This document shows positions 35,276 through 56,200 of a DNA stretch of 64,000 nucleotides, piece after piece (the stretch's first letter is position 1; each line of letters opens with the position of its first letter). Below the pieces are notes generated by a model, which had not been told where the DNA came from, searched no databases, and saw only the letters and a list, made by a program, of their open reading frames with translations. The translations under genes and the position numbers were made by a program. Origin of the DNA: the human T2T-CHM13v2.0 reference genome, Homo sapiens; NCBI RefSeq assembly GCF_009914755.1, contig NC_060925.1. One strand, 5' to 3'.

Positions 35276-37430
35276 TTAAGTCACAACATAGCATAAGGTA
35301 AAAGAAGTAACATATAACCAGCATAGTATCACCTTTCTTTAAAATATGTATATATTTGCAGTAGTCACATATTAAACCCATGCTGTGTAACGTGTATGTA
35401 GACATAATACTGGAAAAAAATTCACATTGTTAATACTGGTTATCATTGAGTTGTAAGATTTAAGGATAGTTTTTATTCTGTTTTCTAGGTTTTCTATCGT
35501 AAATATTTTTGTAATGAGCAGAAATCTAGTAAATAGTAATTAAACTACAGGTTTCAAGTGATTTCTTTTGGATGTATATCCAAGTGAAAACAACAAAATT
35601 ATCTGTTTTCCCCATAAAACCCCATGAGTAAGTTTCAGATCCTTTAGTCTTCTGTTATCATTGGCCTGTATGATAACTTTGTGGAAATCAGCAAAAAGTA
35701 CCATCACCCTCTAACTCCACCTTCATATGGTTGCCTTTCAAAGGTCTTCCGTCTTCTGAGGGCAAAAGCCTCATTGGGGCTTGACAAGTGGACTGAATTT
35801 CAGCCCCCACTAACTCCCTTGGCTGGTTACTTTTGTGCCATGCAAAACTGCACAACTCTGTGACATGGCCTTATTCAGTCTGTCTTTCCCCCAGTGTATG
35901 ATTTAGCTCTATCCTAAGTCTCTAAACTTGTTTAATTTAACCTTTCATTCACTGAGTGTCAGCTACGTGACATCACGCATTGCCGTTACATCAGATAACC
36001 TTTTCCCTCCTCACATGCCACAATTACTCTCACGTTAATTAGTTTGCTCATTCCAGCTTTGTATTTTTTGGGCTACATTCTCCCCTATCCATCTAGACTG
36101 CTATCTCCCCGAGAATTCTTTTCCTTGGAATCTTTGTGGCTTCCTTCAGTCAGTATTATTCTTCCTGTCTTCAGTTTTCTGTCCCATTTATTCTTCATGT
36201 TATTTATCTTATAGTTATTTTTCATTCTAACAAATAGTTATTGATGTTCATTCATGGGTCTGGCACTGTTGTAGGCACTGAAGATACAGTGGTGAAAGAA
36301 ACAGACTTTTGCCCTCAGGGAACTTACATTTTAGTGGTAAAATAGTAAACATAATTGATTCTTTAAAACACGTGTTCAGTTTGTCTTAATAGCTATAGAA
36401 TTGTAAGCCCCAGGACTAGAAATTATATTTAAGAACAAAAAATTGTTTCAGTATCTTAAGTATAAGATGTTTCCTAGATACTCATTAAAACTCTCAAAAG
36501 TTTGTTGGTGACCTTCATTTTAATTTACTTTAGCTGAGAAGTATTTTGTGGCATATATTTGTTTTTTAGTGTGGTCTTAGGTATTTATTGCAAAAGATTG
36601 AGGACAAGTAGTATAACCATATTTTATTAGTGAGGTGTTATCTCATTTTAATTTACATGAATTTTTTAAGTTATTTATTTACTTTTATTTCTTTATCATA
36701 TCTTTTCCTCTATATTCAAGAAGGTACAGGTATTTGGGGCATAATACTGAGATTCTCTTCAAGTCAAAGGATATTAACTGAGTGCTTGTCATGTGAAGAT
36801 CCTAAAACAGGTGCTAAGGGGGATAAAAGTATAAAATAAGATCTAGTATCTGTTTTCAAGGGATTTAGAGTCTATAAGGAAGAACAGATAACAGATATGA
36901 AAAAACTCTGGCTTCAGTTTTTCTCATTTGTAAAAATGATCAGATGTCTCATTTAGTTAAATGACAGTGGAAAATAAGTCTAGAGTGATATTCCTGTTAT
37001 TAGCTCAGATAAGTGGGTGCAAGGCAAATGAGCTCTTGAATTGGAAGCTTATACAAAGCCCACACTATAAACTAGTTCCGCCTTCACAATAGAAACCTTG
37101 ATGGAAGTAAAACAGTCAAGTTAATAGGTAATGAAAATGTGTGTGTGAGATACCATGCTTAGGAGTTATGAACCTCTTGATCAGAAATTTAATTATCAGG
37201 CATATTCGTGTATTTTAAAATGCCAGGTAAACAGCAATATTAAGAGCTAATTAAAAGAATGTTAGTATTTGCTGAAACTGCATAATTGGAGAAAGTTAAG
37301 TTTAATTTGAGACATTGGTAGAGAAAGTTAAACTTTGCTTGTTTAGGCCAGTGCAGGAGCATGTTTACCAACAATCCCTGTGGTAACTTAGAAGGCATGG
37401 AGATAATGATAATAGAAAAACAGAAGTACT

Positions 37431-39524
<2,094 letters not shown>

Positions 39525-40040
39525 TCATTAATACACTAGATATTTTCCTTCTATGAAAAAATGATGTTAATGTAGCATTTGTATTTAAAGCAGTTCCTGA
39601 ACTGGCCTCCTTTAGCCCCACTGATATTGAGGATAAGCCATATGTTTTACTATCTGTAACCAGAGTGACCCAGCTGTGGTCATAGATACTAGGGGAAGAC
39701 AGGAACAGGAAAGAAAAAAAAACATAGTAATACTTCAGGTAAAAATAACCTGAGATTATTATATATAATTTGACTCATCTATATGGTAGCAATGTTCGTA
39801 ATTTTTTTAAACTGCAAAAATGTTTTTATCTGTATTGAGACTGTAGTAGAACTTCCTTATAGTGTCTGTTCCCTTCTTTAATATTTTCTTATGTGAAATA
39901 TTCATGCAAGAAGACTCATTCATTAGCAGGAGAAAATTATGTCTCTAATTTTTGCCTCATTAAGAAGTTTCACCTTATATAACAAAGTTTACTGAAAAGT
40001 CACCATTTTCTTTTTGACTTAGTCATCTCATTTTTGATAG

Positions 40041-40177
40041 ATTGCAAAGGTCGACTGCAAGGAAGTACTAGACATCATTTGTAATCTGGAATCTGAGGGG
40101 CAGGATAACACAGCATTTGTTCTTTGTACGACTTACCTTACCCAGCAGCTCCAAACTGCAAGTGTATATTGTTCTTG
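40041..40177 (+). CDS. RLF: RLF coding exon 6 (137 nt; IAKVDCKEVLDIICNLESEGQDNTAFVLCTTYLTQQLQTASVYCSW)
   Basis: tttttgatag|ATT ... TTG|gtaagt; phase 0 to 2; open frame. Confidence 0.95.
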
Positions 40178-41773
40178 GTAAGTATATTTAGTTTTACACT
40201 CTTTATTTGTTAGTACATAGTATAGCATTTAGGGTTTATGTAAAATGTTAATTTGTTTCTAATTTAAAACCTAGCATGACCTGTGAATAGCTTCTTGCTT
40301 CCACACACAATCATTTAATTAAAAATATCATTGGTTTAATCTAGTCAAGAAAAGGTAAAATGTTCCTCTTGATCATCCCATAATGGGTTGTCTGTTAACT
40401 CCAATATATGTCTTCTACCTTGAAGATAAAATTTTGTCAATATGAAACAAACCTGTGTTAGTTAGATTGTTTTTCTTTTCATTTTTTTAGTATCTTCTGG
40501 GTAGTCACTCCCCATTCTTATTTGGGAACCCACAAATGAAAAGGATCAAATTATCTAGGTTTCTAGGTCAAACTAGCACTAAAAAAGGAAATTCACTTGA
40601 ATAGTAATCTCTTTTGCAACTTTGGAACTATATAGTTGAATTGCATTATTTTGGTTTTAATTCAATTTATATCTTGTTTGCCTACAGAATACTTAGTTGC
40701 TAAAAAGGAAACAGTAAGTGTATCCGTGGTTCTTTCATTCTAACTGTATTGAATCTATTTAGGCCAAAGGGACAAACCTGATACACAGGAAACCTCTAAA
40801 ATGTAAGACTCTCTGTCAGTAAGTATCAGATTAGTGGTATGGATAATGCTATAGGAGATCAGAGAGAGGTGCTCACTGTATACCAGAGTATTAAAGGTGT
40901 CAGGGAGGAAGTAATATTTGAGATTTAATTCTAAGAATGGGTTGGATTTGCATTATCTTGATTAGAGGAGCTCTGAGTATTTCAGAACCTAAGGATGGCT
41001 TAAAATTGGAAATGAGCATTTTGTTTATAGGAAAACCTAGTAAAGCCTTTTGTGTACTTCAGCCCTCATTGATCTCCCTCTGGATCGTCTGTCTATTTTT
41101 ATAGTTTTATGGTTAATACCATTGTATGTTACTATATTTCTTTTTGTTTATTATTTTATGTAGAAATTTTGTGTACTGTAATCTCACCCAGTCCTCATAA
41201 TAATCATTGCACAGGTGAGGCAGTGGGAGGATCATAGGGACCAGAGAAAACTTGTAATTGTCCATGGTCTCAAGGCTAAAGTGGTAGAGCTGAGATTCAA
41301 GCCCAGGTTTTAGACTTCTAATCCAGTGCTTTTCTTCTGTATACTTGTTTTCTTGGCATAGGCCAAAATTCAAATTGTAGTTTTTTACCACCAAATCCAC
41401 TATGCCAGAGTTATACCTCCTGTGAGAAAGGAGATAGTGGGATAGCGACTTAAATATAATTTCTTTATAATGAAAAAATATCCACCATTATAGCTAGGTT
41501 TTCAGTACGAATAATAAATTAAATCATATATAGAATGTGTTATAGATTGTGTTTAAAATTTTTCTCCCCTTCTTCAGTCAGCCACCATTCACTCTTCCAG
41601 AGCTGTTAGTGGCTCTAGGATTAATGCTGTTCTTCTGTAGCAGGAAGAGATGAATGGAGATTTCCCTTTGTGGCCTCCTCAGGAGCTATAATGAGTAAAG
41701 GAAAGAAAATCTTAGTCATTTCACACTTTGTTAAAAGGAGCTTCTTTCAAGCAATTCAAGGAGCAATTGCATC

Positions 41774-43540
<1,767 letters not shown>

Positions 43541-44329
43541 ACTATGTAACTGTCACTCAGAACGGTTTTTATTATTTTAGAAATTTCGCTCAGAGACATT
43601 TACAAACCACAGTAAAAAGTAAAAATGTTTTAAACTTTATAGCAGTTATGTTTAACTTATTTATTAATCTTGACCCCAAAAGATTTTTGGCTGTTGAAGA
43701 AAATTAAAGAAGTACTAGAGGAGTAAGCTCCCTGTAGATGCCTCTCAGTGGTAACGTAATTGGAATAGTCATGCATTTGAAAAAGGTGACCATTTTGAGT
43801 GAGATGGTGTTTGTATATAGAGAGGTGTAATTACGGCAGCCATTTTAAAGTCATAAAGTTGAACTTTGAACCTCCACAGTAAGCTTTCAGTGAGTATTTG
43901 ATAGACTGGCCTTTGATTTCTGTAATGTGCTAAGCTTAAATTTTGTGTTACACATTTGTATTTCTTCAGATGTAGTTACATGTCTGTTCTGCCCCAGCTA
44001 GACTGTGATATACTAACCAATATGTTGTCTAATTCACGGTTGTGTCCTAAGTAACTGGCGAAGACTAGCATATGTGTTTTATTTAACAGAATTGTATGGG
44101 AGAGAAAAGAGGTCATGGGGGTCAATTACTATTGTAATAGCTTTAAAAATTTTTTTTTTCTGTAATAGCCTTTTTTAGGGGATGATCATCCCTTAATTCC
44201 ACAGTTTTATTTACTTCATTCCTAAAATACCTAAATTCTGAATCTCAGTGTAACATGTTAACTGGACTTCATGGGCTTCTTGCTATGTAGAAACACAGAG
44301 TGATGTTTGTATGTATATATGTGTGTATG

Positions 44330-48203
<3,874 letters not shown>

Positions 48204-48983
48204 TCTTTTTAGTTTTGCTATTAGAAGTGATAACATTCTTTTTAGTTTCACTATTAGCTTTCCTTGCATTCACATTTTACATTCTCTCATTAGCATTTCT
48301 ATCCTTGGCATTGTTGAGTTTCTAATGCTTTTTTGCGTGAGTGTTTTACCCATTAAATGTTTTTGTTTAATTTATTATTTTCAAGCTTTCCTTTTGTTTC
48401 CATAATGAATCTTTGTGAGATTCCTGTATTTTAGCCATTTCCAAAAAGTGCCATTTTACTTATTTCACTGGAAGTATTTAACCATTCCAAACTACAGGCT
48501 CTAAGTAGCATCCTGACATTTTAGATCTGGAAAGGGCCCTTTAAGATCACTGTATAGAAGTGTACCATTAGAGTGTCTTTGTTGTATATATATTTCGTTG
48601 TTAATTTAGTGATGGCTGATTATTTCTGCCCATTAGGACAGGGCTTAATTCAATCAGTATATTAATCACCAGTGTGAAGGATAAAACCTTTTAGAACAAC
48701 ATGGGATCTAAATAAGTTTTTTTTAAATGCCACTGTTAAGGAGGTAGTGTTTTGTTTTTATTTTTCCCCCTAAACACAAGAGAGAAGTCAGGGAATTGTT
48801 ACGGAGGATTCTTAACAATTTTATCAGTTTGGGAGAAAGCAGTGGTGAATATAGACAGCTTTTAATCTAGTTTTTGTTTTCTCTACTGTCAGCTTTCTAC
48901 AGATCAAAAAATTGGGTTGCCGGGGGCAGGGCAGCAAATACCAGTTACTTTAAATGTTTTACCATGATCTTCTTTTTTTATAG

Positions 48984-49125
48984 GGAACTGACTCTTTTTT
49001 GGAGTAAACTGCAAAGAAGAATTGACCCTTCTTTAGATACTTTTTTGGAGCGCTGTCGTCAGTTTGGTGTCATAGCTAAAACGCAGCAGCATTTATTTTG
49101 CCTCATTAGAGTTATACAAACTGAA
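48984..49125 (+). CDS. RLF: RLF coding exon 7 (142 nt; ELTLFWSKLQRRIDPSLDTFLERCRQFGVIAKTQQHLFCLIRVIQTE)
   Basis: cttttttttatag|G ... GAA|gtgagt; phase 2 to 0; contained in ORF 48874..49152. Confidence 0.95.
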
Positions 49126-49373
49126 GTGAGTACTTTATGCCTTCTCTGCTAACTGTAGCTGGAGGAAAGAAATGAGTGGGAAGATAACTTCTCAGGAAAT
49201 TCCCTTTAAAGGAAGATAAGAAATAATGAGTTTTAATAAGATTAATGGAATTGACCACATCTGACTGTTTCTCCAGATTGACTTCCTATAATTAATCAGA
49301 AACAAATTGATGGTCAAACAAGTTAGGTGATATTTATTTCTAATTACTGTGAATGAAGTTGTGTCTCCTGTCA

Positions 49374-49730
<357 letters not shown>

Positions 49731-49799
49731 TTAAACAATTACTTTATAATTGGCCATTAGAACATTTTGTTTTGTTTAAATCTTTAATAAAGGTACTAA

Positions 49800-50170
49800 T
49801 TTTCTATTGTTGAATAACATCACAAAAATTAATACTTAAAACAATGTCCGTTTTTATCAGTTCAGTTTTGTAAATCAGAAATCCAGCACAATGTGGCAGG
49901 ATTCTCTTCTAAGATTATCATATTGGCTAAAATGTAGTTTGCCAGGCTAAGTTCTATCAGAGGCTCTGTGGAAAATCCACTTCAAAGCTTATTCTTATCG
50001 ACAGGTTTCAGTTCCTGTGGTTGTAGGACTAAGGTTTCTGTTTTCTGGCTGGCTGCCAATCAGGGTCTGTTCTCAGGTGCTAGAAGCTACACTCAGTCTT
50101 TACCTCTGTTTTCAAGCAGCAAGGGTGCAACAAGTTGGTGCTTGAAACCTGACATCCTCCATCTCTGACT
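49800..50170 (-). mobile_element. MLT1-type MaLR LTR fragment
   Basis: cttaaaacaa...tcagttttgtaaatcagaaatccagcac...gaggctctgtggaaaatccacttcaaagct...ttcagttcctgtggttgtaggactaaggt. Confidence 0.65.
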
Positions 50171-50179
50171 TTAGTTTTC

Positions 50180-50577
50180 AGTTTTTGGTTGAGACAGGTC
50201 TCGCTCTGTCACCCAGGCTGTAGTGCAGTGGTGCGATCATAGCTCATTACAGCTTCAAACTCCTTGGCTCAAGCAATCCTCCCGTCTCAGCCTCCAGAGT
50301 AGCTGAGATTGCAGGCGTGTGCCACTATACCTGGCTTTTTCTTTTTTGGCGGGGAGCAGTGGTAGATACAGGGTCTTGCTTTGTTGCCCAGACTGGTTCT
50401 GAACTCCTGGCCTCAAGCAATTCTCCCACCTCAGCCTTCCAAAGTGCTGGGATTATAGGTGTAAGCTGCCCCACCTGCTTGAACTTGGGAGGCAGAGGTG
50501 GCAGTGAGCCGAGATCACACCATTGCACTCCAGCCTGGGCGACAGAGTGAGACTCTGTCTCAAAAAAAAAAAAAAAA
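50180..50577. mobile_element. Antisense AluJ (50180-50475) fused to a sense Alu 3' fragment (50476-50577)
   Basis: Junction ggattataggtgtaagctgccccacc|tgcttgaacttgggaggcagagg. Confidence 0.88.
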
Positions 50578-50999
50578 GCAAAGATTGAATGACTTGGCTA
50601 TATCCTATGTGCGCTTGCAACAGTATGCCAAGTCACTCTTGATCCCTCACCTTCCTAGTTTAAGACCCACCAATTTCTTCAAAATTCAGCTCCACATTGC
50701 ATATCCTGATTCACATTTATTCACTACTCCTTTCAGTAACTTTTTGGCATATCTGTTCAGAATATATAATAGTATTTCTGGTTACTTTTCTTTGAAAAAT
50801 GTTGTTAGTGATTTTTCAAATGTTACCATCCCAGCCAGATTAGGCTGTTTAAGAAAGAATGGCCATTCTTTGCTGTCCACCTCACAGTCTTCCAAAAGGA
50901 GTTAGTAACTTGTTGAGAAACTGAATTATTTTAAAATTTAGCTGACTTTCCCCAAGTCCTCTCTGCTCTTACTTACAAATGATAAACTTCTATCACATC

Positions 51000-51171
51000 A
51001 TCCTAATAAGTCAAGAGACCCATGGTCTAGTCCTGTGGAGCCACTAAAGCAACATGGCCTGTTTTACTTGGACTACATTCCAAATGAGAGGGAGAAACTT
51101 CTATATTCTTTAGGCCACTACTGTTGTGGGAAGTCTGCCACTCACAACAGAACCAGATCCTAGCTGATACA
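51000..51171 (+). mobile_element. MLT1 LTR 3' end
   Basis: gagaaacttctatattctttaggccacta...tctgccactcacaacagaacc...tcctagctgataca, ending in ..ACA. Confidence 0.55.
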
Positions 51172-51311
51172 GGCTAGGTAATGCCTCTCTTTCAAAAAAG
51201 CTAGAGTCTCAGCTCGTCTGAAAGGTAGGGAGTTATCTCAATTGATTGTTCACAGTCAGTTACAGACTGAACTCTGTTCTACTCTTTCCCCCTTCTCACT
51301 ATTACACTTGA

Positions 51312-52820
<1,509 letters not shown>

Positions 52821-53258
52821 AAGAGAATTTCTTAAATTGAATTTAATCTTAGACTCACATCTATACCTGTGTTTCCTGTTGCTGCCATTTTAAACCCTGC
52901 CCCTCTACTCAACATCATTCTATTTTGAATCCTCCAGTGACCTTTTTTATCCTGAATTTCTTTGGATTCACATGCATTTATTGTTTATGCATTCGGGGTA
53001 CAGATAAATTCCTTGGAAGTAAGGAACTGCTTTAATACACAGTGCCTAGTAAATGTACATTGTTCGTAGTTGTAGCATCTAATTTAGTTCTTTGCATGTT
53101 GAGACAAGAAATATCTAAATGTAACTTTCATGAAGAAAGATTTAAGATAAAATTTAGGAACTCTAAAAGTTTTTACAAGCTAAAATTCCTTATCAGTGAA
53201 AGTTATATAATCTTTCTGTATGCAAAAAAATAATTTTTTTATCCTCTTTTACTTACAG

Positions 53259-56200
53259 GCACAAGATGCTGGTCTTGGGGTGTCAATTTTACTGTGTGTC
53301 AGAGCTCTTCAACTCAGATCAAGTGAAGATGAGGAAATGAAGGCATCAGTTTGTAAAACAATTGCCTGTCTTTTACCAGAAGATTTAGAAGTTAGACGAG
53401 CCTGTCAGCTTACAGAATTCTTAATTGAACCCAGTTTGGATGGATTTAATATGTTAGAAGAACTATATTTGCAACCAGATCAAAAATTTGATGAAGAAAA
53501 TGCACCGGTTCCAAATTCTCTTCGATGTGAGCTCTTACTAGCTTTAAAAGCCCACTGGCCTTTTGATCCTGAGTTTTGGGACTGGAAAACTTTAAAACGA
53601 CACTGCCACCAACTTTTAGGACAAGAAGCCTCAGATTCTGATGATGATTTAAGTGGCTATGAAATGTCCATTAATGACACAGATGTTTTAGAGTCATTTC
53701 TCAGTGACTATGATGAGGGTAAAGAAGATAAACAATATAGAAGAAGAGATTTGACAGATCAGCATAAGGAGAAAAGAGACAAAAAACCTATTGGCTCTTC
53801 TGAAAGATATCAGAGGTGGCTTCAGTACAAGTTTTTCTGTTTGTTATGTAAGCGGGAATGTATAGAGGCTAGAATTCTTCATCATTCTAAGATGCATATG
53901 GAAGATGGAATTTACACCTGTCCAGTTTGTATTAAAAAATTTAAGAGAAAAGAAATGTTTGTTCCTCATGTGATGGAGCATGTTAAAATGCCACCAAGCA
54001 GAAGGGACCGCTCTAAAAAGAAATTACTGTTAAAAGGCTCTCAAAAGGGTATTTGTCCTAAGAGCCCCTCTGCAATCCCAGAGCAAAACCATTCATTGAA
54101 TGACCAAGCCAAAGGAGAGTCTCATGAATATGTCACATTCAGCAAATTAGAAGATTGCCACCTGCAAGACAGAGATTTGTATCCATGTCCCGGTACAGAC
54201 TGTTCCCGTGTGTTTAAGCAATTTAAATACTTAAGTGTGCATCTTAAAGCTGAACACCAAAATAATGATGAAAATGCCAAGCACTACTTGGATATGAAAA
54301 ATAGAAGAGAGAAGTGTACTTACTGTCGACGACATTTTATGTCTGCTTTTCACCTTCGAGAGCACGAACAAGTGCATTGTGGGCCTCAGCCTTATATGTG
54401 TGTATCTATAGATTGCTATGCTAGGTTTGGATCAGTAAATGAACTACTTAACCATAAACAAAAGCATGACGATCTGCGTTACAAATGTGAATTAAATGGC
54501 TGTAATATTGTTTTCAGTGACTTGGGACAGCTTTACCACCATGAAGCACAACACTTTAGGGATGCATCTTACACATGCAACTTCCTTGGCTGTAAAAAGT
54601 TCTATTACTCCAAAATTGAATACCAGAATCACCTCTCAATGCATAATGTTGAAAATTCAAATGGAGACATAAAGAAATCAGTGAAACTTGAGGAGTCTGC
54701 AACAGGTGAAAAGCAAGATTGTATTAATCAGCCCCATCTACTTAACCAAACTGATAAATCACATTTACCTGAAGATCTTTTCTGTGCAGAATCAGCTAAT
54801 TCTCAAATAGATACAGAAACTGCAGAAAACCTGAAAGAAAACAGTGACAGTAATTCTAGTGATCAGTTAAGTCATAGCTCTTCAGCTTCAATGAATGAAG
54901 AGCTAATTGACACACTAGATCACTCTGAAACTATGCAGGATGTATTGTTATCTAATGAGAAAGTCTTTGGGCCCTCCAGTTTAAAAGAAAAATGTTCCAG
55001 TATGGCAGTTTGTTTTGACGGGACTAAGTTTACCTGTGGTTTTGATGGCTGTGGTTCCACATACAAAAATGCAAGAGGAATGCAGAAACATTTACGGAAG
55101 GTTCATCCATACCATTTCAAGCCCAAAAAGATAAAGACGAAAGATCTGTTTCCCTCTTTGGGTAATGAACATAATCAGACAACTGAAAAGTTGGATGCAG
55201 AACCTAAACCCTGCTCAGATACAAACAGTGACTCCCCAGATGAAGGTCTAGATCACAATATTCACATTAAATGTAAACGAGAACATCAAGGTTATTCCTC
55301 AGAATCCTCCATTTGTGCTTCTAAAAGGCCCTGTACAGAGGATACCATGTTGGAACTTCTGTTACGCTTGAAACATTTAAGCTTGAAAAACTCAATAACA
55401 CATGGATCTTTCTCAGGGTCATTGCAGGGGTACCCATCCAGTGGTGCTAAGTCTCTTCAGTCAGTTTCATCTATCTCAGACCTTAATTTTCAGAATCAAG
55501 ATGAAAACATGCCAAGTCAGTACCTTGCACAGTTGGCGGCTAAGCCGTTTTTCTGTGAGCTTCAAGGATGCAAATATGAATTTGTGACCAGAGAGGCTCT
55601 GTTAATGCATTATCTTAAAAAGCATAATTATTCAAAAGAAAAAGTCCTTCAGTTAACCATGTTCCAACATCGGTATTCCCCATTTCAGTGTCATATTTGC
55701 CAAAGGTCATTTACAAGAAAAACACACCTTAGGATTCATTATAAAAATAAACATCAAATTGGCAGTGACAGAGCAACTCACAAACTATTAGATAATGAAA
55801 AGTGTGATCATGAAGGCCCATGTTCAGTAGATAGGTTGAAAGGTGATTGTTCTGCAGAACTTGGAGGTGATCCCAGTAGTAACTCTGAGAAACCACACTG
55901 TCATCCTAAAAAGGATGAATGTAGTTCTGAAACAGATTTGGAATCATCTTGTGAAGAAACAGAAAGTAAAACATCTGACATTTCATCACCAATAGGCAGC
56001 CATAGAGAAGAACAAGAAGGAAGAGAGGGCAGAGGTAGCAGGCGAACTGTTGCTAAAGGAAATCTGTGTTATATTTTGAATAAATACCACAAACCATTCC
56101 ATTGTATTCATAAAACTTGCAACTCCTCATTCACCAATCTAAAAGGCTTAATTCGCCATTACAGAACTGTACATCAGTACAACAAAGAACAGTTATGTTT

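Noticed and set aside
53220-53258. ATG start of the 1564-aa ORF (MQKNNFFILFYLQ)
   Set aside because: These 13 codons are the polypyrimidine tract and acceptor of intron 7; the true exon begins at 53259 in frame with upstream exons.
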